Counted from the first letter of the whole stretch, positions 1 through 12,125 are shown. The stretch: 61,743 bases of DNA, filler included, from Basidiobolus meristosporus CBS 931.73 (GCA_002104905.1; 3 parts of 3 records of this genome joined end to end with filler, not necessarily neighbours in it); one strand, 5' to 3'. Notes: generated by a model not told the origin, from the letters alone. Numbers and translations are program-made.

Positions 1-301
1 ATATTCAGTATGTTGGTATTGACTTGATCGATCTCAGCACATCCAGATCGGATCAATCGGGTTAGCCCGAAGTGATACAGCAGGCATTGATCACAGGACA
101 GTAAGCCAATACTGAATAAGGAACTTGTACGTAATGATAAATTGGTGTCCCCAAGCGGAGACTTTAAGATTGCTGATAGCTATTGTTAATCATCAAACTT
201 TGAACTGATCCATATCCAGTACGACTCGATTGACCGTTTCTCGACTTACTTTTTATTAGACATATATGTCATGCGGCTATGAAGGGCATTAAATCAATCG
301 T

Positions 302-2068
302 TCAAACACAGGCTTTTGTGCCGCATTTACTATCCGAAGGGTTGGGATCACGGTATAGCGGCGGGCTTTGCAAGCACTCGGCAAGGTTAACTACCTTCCA
401 ACCTCTTTCCAACAAATAATCGATAGATCGCTTAGCAAGTGGAATGGTCTTGGGATAGCTCTCGGGCCTGAAGTCAGCAGTAGTATTCCACACATCATGG
501 TTCAGGGAGATGAATTTGCCAACTTTAGTGCTGGTAGATCCAGTCTGATCAATATACTCTTGGTACATCTCATCAATGGAATTCACCGGATTCCAATCAA
601 CTGGATCCACATTCCAGCTGACAACAGTGTAGCCCATTTTGTAAAGAATCTTGCGTGATGGCCCATCGGTATCGCCATAGGGGGGTCTCATGCAAGTGGG
701 AACCTTGCCGAGGATTTTACTGAAGGCGTGATTCAGTCTGGTCATTTCATAGACGACCTCTTCCTCGTTCACGGTAATAATATCAGTGTGAGCCCAGGTG
801 TGAGAACAGATTTGATGTCCGGAGTTGTAGGCGCGTCGGACAACATCAGCGAGCTCGTAGATGGTTAACATTGGGTTTCCAGTGTCACCATTCTTTCTGT
901 TGTTCCCATTAACAAAGAAGGTGGCCTTCACTTTCACTTCGTCCAGATAATCCAACAGCCCTGAAGTCAGAACACTTGGTCCATCATCGTAGGTAACTGC
1001 GAAAGTTCCGGGTGCTTTACATCCGGTAATCACCTCTGCCTCTATTTTATTGTCGCAAATTCCAAAATCATTTTGGCAGCCTGCAGAGCAGTGTCCTGAG
1101 GTGTAGCCGCAGTAACCAGTTTGGCCACAGCACAAACCAGGTGCACAGGAGCCGTATTTGGAACCACACTGTTCATCGAGGTATCTTAGTCCAGTCGGAG
1201 TCGGGGTGGCTGTAGTGGAGGTGGCGGTAGAAGTGGGTTGAATAGTGCTAGAGCTTGTATCAGAGGTTGTTGAGGAGATGATGGTGGTTGCTCCCTCACT
1301 ACAAGTACCAAAAAGCTTCTGACAGCCTCCAGTACAATGATCGGATGAGTATCCACACCATCCCCATTCACTGCAACATAATCCTGGCGCGCAGGTACCA
1401 TCACTGGCGCCGCACTGTTCATTTAGCTGCCTCAATGGAGTTGGAGAAAGGGAGTTCGTGATGAAAGTGGAAGTGATGGTCTTTGTGCTGCCAGTACTGC
1501 AAGTGCCAAATTGCTTTTGGCAGCCTCCAGTGCAGTGGTCGGAGGAGTAGCCGCACCAACCCCATTCACTACAACACAAGCCTGGTGCACAAGTACCTAA
1601 ATTGACTCCACATTGCTCATTAAGTTGCTTCAATGGTGTTGGGGTGGGGGACTTCGTAGTGGTGGGGAGAGTAGCGGCCGTTGTGCTACTGGCACTGCAA
1701 GTACCAAACTGTTTTTGGCAGCCTCCAGTGCAGTGGTCGGAGGAGTAGCCGCACCAGCCCCATTCACTGCAGCATAATCCTGATGCGCATGAACCGAACC
1801 CGGAACCGCATTGTTCATTGAGCTGTCTCAGCGGAGTTGGGACTGTGGTGGTTGGTTTTGAAGCACTACCACTACAGCTGCCGAATTTAGTTTGGCAACC
1901 AGTAGAGCAGTATTCCGAGGTGGAACCGCAGGAGCCCCATTTACTGCAGCACAAGCCTGGTGCACAGGTGCCGTATCGAGAGCCACATTGGTCATAGCTG
2001 TACTTCGGAGCCCCCTCGATGGATGTTGCTGCCAGTGCAATCACAAACAAAGAAAGCAAGGATTTCAT
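302..2068 (-). CDS. Secreted chitin/polysaccharide deacetylase (CE4, NodB domain) with five N-terminal hevein-like chitin-binding (CBM18) modules
   Basis: 588-aa intronless ORF. Hydrophobic signal peptide (MKSLLSLFVIALAATSIEG). Five 8-Cys modules CGxxxGxCxxGLCCxxxGxCGxxxxxCxxGCQxxFGxC separated by S/T/P linkers. All five CE4 motifs are present: TYDDGP, HTWAH, RPPYG, DPVDW, LNHD. No hydrophobic GPI tail. Confidence 0.93.
   Translation of the reverse strand: MKSLLSLFVIALAATSIEGAPKYSYDQCGSRYGTCAPGLCCSKWGSCGSTSEYCSTGCQTKFGSCSGSASKPTTTVPTPLRQLNEQCGSGFGSCASGLCCSEWGWCGYSSDHCTGGCQKQFGTCSASSTTAATLPTTTKSPTPTPLKQLNEQCGVNLGTCAPGLCCSEWGWCGYSSDHCTGGCQKQFGTCSTGSTKTITSTFITNSLSPTPLRQLNEQCGASDGTCAPGLCCSEWGWCGYSSDHCTGGCQKLFGTCSEGATTIISSTTSDTSSSTIQPTSTATSTTATPTPTGLRYLDEQCGSKYGSCAPGLCCGQTGYCGYTSGHCSAGCQNDFGICDNKIEAEVITGCKAPGTFAVTYDDGPSVLTSGLLDYLDEVKVKATFFVNGNNRKNGDTGNPMLTIYELADVVRRAYNSGHQICSHTWAHTDIITVNEEEVVYEMTRLNHAFSKILGKVPTCMRPPYGDTDGPSRKILYKMGYTVVSWNVDPVDWNPVNSIDEMYQEYIDQTGSTSTKVGKFISLNHDVWNTTADFRPESYPKTIPLAKRSIDYLLERGWKVVNLAECLQSPPLYRDPNPSDSKCGTKACV
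1055..1987 (-). repeat. Five tandem hevein/CBM18 coding repeats; modules 2-4 nearly identical
   Basis: CCSEWGWCGYSSDHCTGGCQKxFGTC occurs three times. The DNA stretch cagcctccagtgcagtggtcggaggagtagccgcacca is identical in modules 2 and 3. Confidence 0.9.
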
Positions 2069-2582
2069 GATGAAGGCCGGTTACCCAAGAAACCTGAGAG
2101 AGTATCAAGGAAATATCAGATGTTATATAGCGGATGGCGTTAGGTGATGATCGAAGAGGAAAGTATGACAATTCGTCCTTCATCGTACCTGACAGCAGCC
2201 TGTGAACATAATGCGCCTATTGGAAGTTTATGGGAGGTGATATTTTATTTGGGTAGCGTAACGATAGCACTACATAGGTCAACACCGATGCGAGTCGCCA
2301 ATGAACATGTGGCACAAGCCTTGCCCGAAGAAGAATAGAGTGGATGGAATTAATCGCTTCAGAATTCCACTCACATAAGCAAGTTCAAAGGAGTAGAACT
2401 CTATTATATTCTCTGTATTCCGCTTTATTACTTAGATTGATACCAGATACTGCTCTAAGCTCCGTAAAGAGCACGGATTACCAAATCAAATGCTACACTG
2501 GAAAAACCGGTTGCATTCAAAATAGATTCATCTAGATCGTGTTAGAATCTGAATGCAGTAAGGTGGGACAAAAGGCAGCCAG

Positions 2583-2646
2583 TTACAGTGAGCATACAGG
2601 TTTGTTGTCAGGGTTTACAGTGAGCATACAGGTTTGTTGTCAGGGT
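2583..2646. repeat. Perfect 32-bp tandem duplication
   Basis: ttacagtgagcatacaggtttgttgtcagggt twice (2583-2614, 2615-2646). Confidence 0.9.
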
Positions 2647-3336
2647 TTATTGATGCTCTAGCTAAAATTTGGTTGCGTAATCATTTATTTCCCTGGTCTT
2701 ACAAGTCAAAGGCAATCTGCCACTCCCATTCATCACACCATGCAAACTAAGCAAAGAAAGCTGGGGAATCTGTGCAACCAAACTTGCATGCATCGTGATA
2801 AGAGAGTGTATTTTGCGGTAAATATAATCTCGTTGATTCTACTAAACATTGGAATTTCCTCCATCCTTGCTCAACCATACTGGCAAATATACCTTCTGTG
2901 TATCAATGTACACAGTAGCGCCTCAATATTGGTACTACAAATACGGGCACAGTTTAGACCATTCCATGACACCAAATTTCGGACCATTTTAATTCATATC
3001 CATCATGTGTCCCCGAAACTGTCAATCGTGAGATCGATCAACCTGATGGATCCGCCATGAGACACTGTTGTTAAAGGTATTGATCCAGTGCACAGCATTC
3101 ATTTATGGAGCAAGAATAATATCTACACAGTCTGCTAACACGTGGCGGGTAGATCAGTGTGAGCATACATGTGACAAGTATGGCAGTAGAAGGTAGCTTT
3201 ATCAATACAACTTGGCTCATACTTATGTTATGTCTCTATTGTTTGTTTTTCAGGCATGATGCAAGTCGGCACGGAAGATTTTCCCAATAGTCAGACTAGG
3301 TATGTTTTCGCCCAAAATATACTCGAGATGCACAAT

Positions 3337-3400
3337 TGAGGCGGATGGGACTCAAACCCACAATCCAGAGTCTGATGCCTTATCCATTAGGCTAATGTCC
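3337..3400 (-). pseudogene. tRNA-Arg-derived relic (anticodon arm partly deleted)
   Basis: Minus strand reads TAGCCTAATGGATAAGGCATCAGACTC-TGGATTGTGGGTTTGAGTCCCATCCGCCTCA. D arm and T arm match eukaryotic tRNA-Arg (GGCCTAATGGATAAGGC...GATTGTGGGTTCGAGTCCCA). The anticodon loop is missing, TTCG has become TTTG, and the 5' acceptor strand does not pair. Confidence 0.7.
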
Positions 3401-5043
3401 TTATCTCTCTCTTGTGTTTTAACTTTTTGCCCAAATAGAGAAAGGACATCAAGCCTGATTTTTTCAAAGGGAGTTAGGGGGGTTGGGTGAAGATAGGGTC
3501 CAAGCTATGTCTGGAAATTAATACCAATAACTCACTCTATCTTTCTTCTCCCACCTCAGGCCTTTTAAGTATTCTTTTCCATTGGTCCAGGCTTAGCAAG
3601 GTAGTGCAATGCAGGGTACTAGACTTGTTGTTAATGCTAACTGGATCTCAGACCCCAACAATTACACTTGTAATGGTTAGGTCATCAACATTTGTAAACC
3701 ATGATTATTTGAGACCTACCACGGAACTAACCATTAATCATTCTCATATTAGGTCAGGTAGCATTAACACCTGTATGTCTTGAGAATATAGTGTGCAGTA
3801 TAAATTGATAGAGGATGAGAGTAATAAAGCAGTGCTTTGTGTCTTCTACCCCCAAGAGCTGAGCCCTGTATCTCTGCTAGTATCCTTAGTGGCAAGCACT
3901 ACAGTATTCTGGTGATATCACTATTGTGCTGTAGCATTTGTAGGAAGGTGTCACTATTTTTAAAGTGTGTCAGCAAGGGCAAAACTACCAGAAGGAATCT
4001 GCACTATTAATGAGAACAAATGTGCTATATGTTGCAAATTTGGTAACTACAACTCAACATTTATCCAACTTAATCACCTTGATCATAGTCCACAAATCTT
4101 TAAGAATTTGTTCCTGATTCCTTGCTGAGACTTGCTCTGAATATTTCCACTCAAGCAGCATGTACCCACAACATGAAATTTTGATCAATGATCTAAACAA
4201 CCCAATCTTTGGTTGTATGCAATTTGGAACTTGCTAAGTATAATAAGTTTTCTTTTTCTGGCTAATACCATATACAAGCAAAGATACTATCTTGTACTCA
4301 TTAAAGCATTGGATCAAAACCACATAATCTAATTGTTTACTCAATCACTTCCAATATCTCCAAGGCTCTTACAAGACCACCTACTTCCAGTAGTACAGAA
4401 AATATAGCAGATTGTATTACTCTACTTTCAGTAATATGAATAGTTGAGCAGTTCAAGCCCAACACACCAGCACTTCTGAAGTGAAAAGTTAGAAACAGCC
4501 AGCATAATAATATTATTATATCAGCTGAATTCCATATCATCCAAAGGTGACAGCTTTCAGCATCTCAGGTACTAGCTTTACAGCAGACAAGCAGACATCC
4601 TTTTCCAAGTGAGACTAGACTGATTAGCATTCCAACAAAATTTGGTAATCAGCTGCTCATTACTTTCACCTAAAATTGCATTTCAAAATTTGATGCAGAA
4701 GCACTAGCAGAATACCAGCAAAATACCATTAGAATATTGATTGAATACCAGCCAAAGATCCAATGTGTTCCAGCTTTGAGATTTCTTATTTCAACTATTG
4801 CACTATCCATTTAAATTTGCACAGATGATATGAGTTGCAATCTTGTGCTGATTGGATTCTGTTTGTATTGACAGTGTGCAATATATAGCTTATCCTTGGA
4901 CTTTTAGAGCAGTACACACAGCATAGTTGTTTCATAGTACTATATGTAAAGTATCAAAGCTACCGTATTGCAATAAAATATGTAAATACAGACATGGTAA
5001 GTGACATTTGATATCAACCATGTGAATATTGCAACTATCCTAG

Positions 5044-5747
5044 TGTTTTTCAAGTCTTTGAGATATTGGAAGTGATTGGGAGAACTAGTAGATTATGTGG
5101 TTTTCACTTAATGTTTTATTGAATGTAAAAATGGTATTTATACTTTTACACAGTCTTGGCATAGTCTGTTGCAATATTCTGAGGAGTATTGGAAGTGATG
5201 TGGAGAACTAGAGGATTTACATGTTATTCACTTGTAGATTTATTGATCAAAAGTATGGTATTTATACTTTTGATAAAGTAGAGGAAAACAAACGTGTAGA
5301 GTTTGTTAAGGAAGGTCCCAAGAATATGTGTGCAAAGTTTGGGGTCTTTTGGACGACTTTGAGAAAAATAATAATCTGGGTACCTGACAATTTGGTGAAA
5401 ATATTCTAAGTAAATCCCGACAAGAAATCTAGTCAGGACAGAATGCTAATCACAGAATAAGATCTATGTGACTAAGTTAGCATGAATATTTAGGTGACAA
5501 TTCAATAATTACAACATAGTCAACATGTAGAATAGATTTAGGAAGGTCCCAAGAACATGTGTGCAGAGTTTGGGGCTGTTTGGATAACTTATCTAATTTT
5601 CATGTTCTGGGTACCTGATATTTTGGTGAAAATATTTGAAGTAAATCTCAACAAGGAATTTGGTCAGTATTCTCTAGGATTTGGAGGTAATGATCTAAGT
5701 GACTAAGCTAGGTGAATATTTAGGTGGAATTGCAAATCTTTACAACA
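5044..5747 (-). mobile_element. Solo LTR of Ty1/copia family A (older copy, about 349 bp, split by a nested LTR)
   Basis: TG...CA ends, 5-bp TSD CCTAG (5039-5043 and 5748-5752); homologous to the LTR preceding PBS/gag at 53082-53428. Confidence 0.85.
5167..5516 (-). mobile_element. Solo LTR family A nested inside the older family-A LTR
   Basis: 350 bp, TGTTG...CAACA ends, 5-bp TSD TAGTC (5162-5166 and 5517-5521). Confidence 0.92.
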
Positions 5748-5791
5748 CCTAGCAGCTGCTATTTTATCCATACTGAGGTATTGGTACTCTT

Positions 5792-6140
5792 TGTTATAAT
5801 TATTAAGTTGTCACCAAAATATTCATGCTAACTTTGTCACATAGCTCTTATTCTTTGATTAGCATTCTGTTCTGACCAAATATCTTGTCGGGATTTACTT
5901 AGAATATTTTCACCAAATTATCAGGTACCCAGATTATGATCTTTCTCAAAGTTGTCCAAAGGCCCCCAAACTTTGCACACATATTCTTGGGACCTTCCTT
6001 AACAAACTCTTCACATTTGTGTACTCTACTCTATTAAAAGTATAAATACCATACTCTTGATCAATAAATCTACAAGTGAATAACATGTAAATCCTCTAGT
6101 TCTCCACATCACTTCCAATACTCCTCAGAATATTGCAACA
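5792..6140 (+). mobile_element. Solo LTR family A, inverted near-identical partner of 5167-5516
   Basis: 349 bp, TGTT...AACA ends, 5-bp TSD CTCTT (5787-5791 and 6141-6145). Confidence 0.92.
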
Positions 6141-6315
6141 CTCTTAGTTATTAATTTCTACCCAGGAATGAAGCCTTGTAATATTCTGGTTACTTCTAGT
6201 ATTTAACTTAAACTCTGAATGCCTGAGTATCTTTCAAAGAGTATCCATTCTTATTAGGAGCTTACTTGCTACAGGTTGCAATGGTTGGCTAATGTAACAG
6301 TTAGCAACTTCTTAT

Positions 6316-6660
6316 TGTTGTAAATTTCATGATTGCACCTTAATGCTCACCTAACTTAGTCAGTTAGATAATAGTCTACAGATCTTAGAGAAATCTAGCA
6401 AAATTCCTTGTTGGGACTTACCTAGAACATTTTCACCAAAACATCAGGTACCCAGAGCATGATATTTCTCAGAGTTGTCCAAGCAGTCCCAAACCTTGCA
6501 CACATGTTCTTGGGACCTATCTAAGCTTATACTGTGTTTTTTTGCCAAGACCATATAAGAGTATAAATACCACTTTGACATTTATGAAATCATTAAGCAA
6601 AAACCACAAAATCTACTTGTTCTCCCAGTCACCTCTAACACCACCAAAACTCTTACAGCA
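6316..6660 (+). mobile_element. Solo LTR family A (diverged)
   Basis: Same internal landmarks (caggtacccag...gttgtccaa...gttcttgggacc...gtataaatac); TG...CA ends; TSD not cleanly preserved. Confidence 0.8.
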
Positions 6661-7616
6661 TTTCTGCTGGGTATCTGCAATATGGCCATTGCAACATCTG
6701 ATGGTAAGCAAGTACTAGTGAATACTCCCAAATCTCTATGTTATTTTTTTCAAATCGGAAAAACTTTGAGGATATTTTGGGCTACAATTTATTATTCATA
6801 TATTTATGACAAGTATTCTATTGTACATTAGATTGGAATATACAATGTTAATCTGATACTTCAAGCATGTCCAAAAGAGCCAGCTTCTACTTATGATAGT
6901 ACGAACTTTTCTCAAGACATTCATACCACTTCTTGTACAATGTTCACTGAGTGATGTTAATATCAACTCAATGTGCCAACATGCAAAAGTCCATTTTGGC
7001 AATTAAGTATAACTAGGTTCTTATAAAATACTGAGCTTCAAGCTAACAATAAACTCGCCAATACTGCTATGCATTATTTCATGCTTTTCAAGAAATCTGC
7101 GTCAAGTCCATGATTTAAATCATGCATATTTTGTACTACTAAAGGTATATTTGTAACAATCATACAGACTGCTAATAATCATCTCAACACATGCTAGTAA
7201 GTGTATAGTATCATGATTTGCACTTTCTTTATATTTAGGGTTCATGCAAATGAAATCAACATCATGATAGAAACGACTTTAGTTTGCTGGTAGTTTTGTA
7301 TTGCGGGATTTGAAAATTAGCTTAAAATGGCCAGGCTCAAAGTGGCTTACTTAACAGCATCAAAGGAAGAATCTTACTTTAAGCCAAAACGGGAAGAAAT
7401 TTCTTGAAGCAGCACTCCCAGATAATCTCACACGGGAAATGCCAAAAATACACATTCAACCCCAGATCTGGGAATTTCAGATAGATTTGGGAATGGAGCG
7501 CGGGGATATGTACGTCTAGTCCTTTTTGGAAAAGCTGTACGTCTAGTTCTGGTGGGAAAAAGCCATCAGTCATCAGCCATCGCCACAAAAGCCAGAAGCT
7601 AGTCTCAACAGATGAG

Positions 7617-7623
7617 TATAAAT
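7617..7623 (+). promoter_or_regulatory. Candidate TATA box of the UNC-93-like gene
   Basis: TATAAAT about 60 bp upstream of the ATG; position only. Confidence 0.4.
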
Positions 7624-7684
7624 AGGAGCATTTTGTATGTTATAGCCCCATCACATTATCATTTCATCCAACTCGCAAATTACC

Positions 7685-9097
7685 ATGGCGCTTAATTACG
7701 ATCTGTCAAAGATCCGAATTGGCAAATTTCGCTACAATAGTCCTATGACCCAAGTGGTTCTGATTGGTTTTGTCTGCTTCTGTTGCCCTGGCATGTTCAA
7801 CTGTATCAACGGTATGGGTGCCGGTGGTCAGCAAGCAGGTAATACCGCAACCAATGGAAACGTGGCTCTTTACTGTACCTTTGCCGTCTTTGGTGTCTTT
7901 GGTGGCGCTTTCTACAATTATTTTGGTATCCGTAGTTGTCTATTGGGTGGTGGAGTCACCTATGCTCTTTATACTGGCTCTCTGCTGTATGTTCGGAAAA
8001 CTGCTTATAAAATCGACGGCGTGATTTACAATACTCCAAACGCTGAAGCATTCGTCATCACCACCTCGGCTATTCTTGGCATTGGAGCAGGTATTCTTTG
8101 GACTGCGCAAGGTGTTATCATGATGTCCTATCCCAATGAAGCAGACAAAGGAAAATGTGTGGCTGTCTTCTGGGTCATCTTCAATATGGGAGGCGTTATG
8201 GGCGCCTGGATTCCTTTTGGCCTTGACTACCATAACACTGGAGGTGGTGCTAGTTACTCTACATATGTTGCCTTCCTGTGCATTATGTGCTGCGGTGCTG
8301 CTATGGGCATATTACTCCTGCCGCCTGAAAAAATCGTTCGTAATGATGGCTCTCGTGTGCAAGTGGAAAAGTTTCAGAATGCCTTCACAGAGGCCAAGGC
8401 AATCTTGCTCCTCTTCATGGATAAGAACATGCTTCTCTTGACTCCAGTTTCCATCGCCTCCAATTGGTTTTACACTTATCAGTTTAACGATGTCAATTCT
8501 GCATTGTTTGACAATCGTTCCAACTCATTCAATAATGCCTTTTATTGGTTCTTCCAGATGATTGGTGCCATGATCATTGGTTCCTTCCTTGATTACAAGG
8601 GCCTTAGCCGTCGTACTAGAGCCATCTATGGCTTATGTGGTGTTTGGGCCTGTATCATGATTATTTGGGGTGGCGGTTTGGGTATGCAAGCCCAATACAG
8701 CCGCTACTCTTTACACCATGATGGCATGTACCAAAAATACGACTTCATTCGTGACCGTTCATTTTTCTGGCCCCGGTGGTTCCTTTACTGTTGCTACGGG
8801 TTACTTGATGCAGCTACTCAATCTTATGCCTATTGGATTATGGGTACTATGACCAATGATTCCAGTCAGCTGGGTCGTTACAGCGGCTACTACAAGGGTA
8901 TCCAGTCTGCTGGTGCTGCTATTGCTTGGAGAATCGACGCAGTGAAAGCCCCTTACATTGCTGAATTCATTGTTGCTTGGAGTCTCTTGGTGATCAGTTT
9001 CCCATTCACGTTGATTCTTGCTAGAAATGTCAAGGAGACCTGTAACGAAGATGAGGAGGATCCTAAGGTCAAACCCGAATCCATTGCACAGGCATAG
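7685..9097 (+). CDS. UNC-93-like major facilitator superfamily membrane transporter
   Basis: 470-aa intronless ORF with about 12 hydrophobic segments. The N-terminal QVVLIGFVCFCCPGMFNCINGMGAGG, the GIGAGILWTAQG...YP block and the GRYSGYYKGIQSAGAAIAW block are typical of fungal UNC-93/DUF895 proteins. Confidence 0.85.
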   Translation: MALNYDLSKIRIGKFRYNSPMTQVVLIGFVCFCCPGMFNCINGMGAGGQQAGNTATNGNVALYCTFAVFGVFGGAFYNYFGIRSCLLGGGVTYALYTGSLLYVRKTAYKIDGVIYNTPNAEAFVITTSAILGIGAGILWTAQGVIMMSYPNEADKGKCVAVFWVIFNMGGVMGAWIPFGLDYHNTGGGASYSTYVAFLCIMCCGAAMGILLLPPEKIVRNDGSRVQVEKFQNAFTEAKAILLLFMDKNMLLLTPVSIASNWFYTYQFNDVNSALFDNRSNSFNNAFYWFFQMIGAMIIGSFLDYKGLSRRTRAIYGLCGVWACIMIIWGGGLGMQAQYSRYSLHHDGMYQKYDFIRDRSFFWPRWFLYCCYGLLDAATQSYAYWIMGTMTNDSSQLGRYSGYYKGIQSAGAAIAWRIDAVKAPYIAEFIVAWSLLVISFPFTLILARNVKETCNEDEEDPKVKPESIAQA

Positions 9098-11347
9098 AAG
9101 CCCACCTTGCATATAAGAGTGATTGCTCATTACATTTGTAGAATGCGTTTGTCAATAAATCTAATGTTTACTTGATTCTGGAATATGTTGATGATGTTCT
9201 TCTGGACGGATCTTGTCCACCGATTGTGGAGTATAGTTGTGATGCCGATTACCTTGGTATATTTCCGATGATGATTGCCTAATTTGGCTTAGCTTTTAGT
9301 TTGGAGAAACCATCCCGGTAAATGGCCTCCTAATAGAATTAGGCTTGGAAGGAGTTCAGTGGCTTAAAATATTGGATTCGGATAAACCTATTTGTTTACT
9401 AGGGTTTGTTCATATGATAAAAATTGAGAGTCGAGTGTGTTGCAGAACAGGAAATTAATGCTCATGACTCTTGAATATAAACAAAAAGTACCCATACCTT
9501 GGCGGACATTACTTACCTGAAATCTCCGAATATCCTCCGAAATGTAAATCCTGCTGGACTAAGATAATAGAAAGGTGGCTTTAAGAAGGTTGAAACCAGG
9601 CTTACTTTTCCCATAAGGTTGAACAATACCGACATTCTATGGCTCTAGTACCAATCCATTCAAAGACTATTTGCCGCATATGTGTCGGATAATGGATTAA
9701 GCAGTGCCATAAGGAGCGACAAATTGAAACATGACTTCGATGATGTTAAAGTATAACATATGGATAAACTGATGCTCCCTTGAATAGTATGTTGTGATTT
9801 GTCATTTTTGGTGGATTACATAATAGTACTATCTGCGTTGTTATGGGGCTTAAAATATAGACTAGTGGAGTTGCCATCAGTGGAAGAGACTTTGAACCAG
9901 CTAGCTGCAATCTACGCTGAGAAAATATGCTATTTTGGGCGAAGCCTTAATAGCTTAATTGGGCAGCCTGGTCAGGATTGGTGAGCCACAAACAAAATAG
10001 TGATCGGAGATATAGATCAGGCTATGAGATTGGTTATCCAGTTAGGAAATGAGTCCATCTGAAAAGCCTTTCAAAGATCATTTTTCCTGCACTAGTGAAC
10101 CAGATACATCTCTGCTACCCGAGAGATCCAAATGTTTATCCAACTTGGTGAGTGGAATAGAACTCCGCTCCAGAGTAACCACCGCCTAAATCCCATGGCT
10201 TTTCTTCCTAAAAGCACTCCCTATTGGTTGCCTTGCTTGGTAACTGTTTTACAGACCACCTACCTGATTTTTGGTTGGTATTTGGTAATATTGCGAAGCT
10301 ATTCTGGTTCATTTAGTCAATGTTGAGCATGTAGATTAAATCCTTCCTCAAATACATCTACTGTCTATTACTTGGTAAAAGCACGTATTTCCATTTGGCA
10401 AAAACTTTAGCGAACCTACCTATACCATATGACAGGCTCAGGTTGATCATATTTAACTTTTGATATCTATTGACTAATGATTCATGAGACTCATCAAAGA
10501 AGCTTGCTCACTAGAATTGAGCTTGCTGCAGGCTTTGACCACTAACTATAGTTCTAGCCAAGGATCTATTACTCTAAGGTATATGCCCATTGTAGGAGAC
10601 CTGTTTGGAGGACAGATCAATTCAAAGGCTGCGCCAGAGATTATTGATTTAGAATCTACTTTATATGGCCTCCCATTTCTCATCTCCGCTATACATGAGC
10701 TATATGTTTGCTTGCTTTCTGTACACCTTGGTGCTACAGTTACCTACTTAGCTATGAATTTGTACTTGTGCATCAGCAATACGAGTTATTCAGATGCCAA
10801 GCTTCAGACTTTAAGCTGATCTTTATCATATCATTATAGGTACAATTCCTAGCAGCATTACTAAGAATAAAGCCATATACTATTCTGTGGCCCTGACGCA
10901 CTTCAAGGTTCCAAATAGCTCCAGCAACATCCATAATTCCAACTCTTGCGCTGCCAGACTGTTACCTCAGGCGCACTAATACTGTGATGGAATTGATACA
11001 TATATCAAGATGCAATACAATACAGTGGTCACTGAAGCACTTTCTTCAAACTGGCTGATCATGTTGCTTCATGCTGCACAAGAAATAGTTTTGTGCCACC
11101 ACAACATCAACACAGAATATATTATTGACATGATGAGCAACTCATTCATGCTTGATTGTCTGGATATCAATTTGTAAGTGCTGAACTACCCTGCTTTACA
11201 TTTGAGAGGTACCTTTACAGCATAACCAAGCGAGATTGTATTTAGACGATATGACAATGGATCATTTATTATGGCAATAGCTTTCTCTAAGCACGGTATT
11301 CCATATCATTGAGCAATGATAGGTATAAATGATCCGTGGTCTAAGTA

Positions 11348-11725
11348 TTAGTTCGTTACTTCAGTAAACACTTGAATCCCATCTCGAAGGCAGGCAACTG
11401 CTCGGATGTTGTGTCATAATGCCCTGGCCTTGGCATTCACATCTGGGCAACCTGGTGGTAAGTTAGCTGGTGGGGTAGTCGCCTCAGCTGGTATTGGGTC
11501 TTTTGGCATTCAAATACACATCTGCTTTGATACCTAGACTAAGTTTGTTGGCCTGTGTTTAGATATCATCGCATCTTACAGTATCTATGCTTGATGGTAG
11601 GTTGGCTAGAGAAGAGGGACTTATGGGCCTCGTGTAATATCCATCATGTCATTGAGTAGCAATGGAGCATCCATGGTGGTCAATATAGCACAAGATACAG
11701 TCAACAAGGATAAAATGAGCTTCAT
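11348..11725 (-). pseudogene. Pseudogene of the small secreted two-repeat Cys protein family
   Basis: Clear DNA homology to 12126-12485 and 13414-13788 from ATG to stop. Reads MKLILSLLTVSCAILTTMDAPLLLNDMMDITRGP* (frameshift and early stop). Confidence 0.85.
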
Positions 11726-12125
11726 GATGATTAATGAATTAGTTTGAAAATTCACAGCATTCTAGGCTGCTTGATGCTGATCAGAATATTGTACATCTAT
11801 ATGTATACACCTACTTCCTCTGCTGCAGTCCCAACCGAAATTCTCGAACAGTGAGATTAAAGAGAGTTAATTTCCAACTACCGGGAGTAGTATCATCATT
11901 GTAACGTGTACAAATTCATTATTTATGGGCCAACTTTTCAAAAAGTGTGGTAAAAATTATATTCCAAAATCACAATACAGTATTAATCCCTTGCCATCTT
12001 ACTTACATTGCTACCATATTCTGGAAATTGTGACTAAAGATAATCGGCGTGCCATACGTATTTATTGGTATTAGGGTATTAGACGCATGTATATAATCCC
12101 ATAAAAATAATTAATGACCTAGATA

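Noticed and set aside
368-2183. Several 60-96 aa ORFs overlapping the chitin deacetylase
   Set aside because: Shadow frames of a GC-rich, repetitive real gene; their repeats only mirror the CBM18 repeats.
3650-4620. Faint RT-like words on the minus strand (IQGSALG, NVDDLT)
   Set aside because: Not in a common frame, spacing atypical, and no second copy to build a consensus.
7509-7564. 12-bp direct repeat TGTACGTCTAGT upstream of the UNC-93-like gene
   Set aside because: Could be paired transcription-factor sites, but a small local duplication explains it equally well and there is no supporting evidence.
9100-11340. Short ORFs (61-111 aa) in the intergenic region
   Set aside because: No recognisable motifs, no homologous copy in the window, several non-ATG starts.
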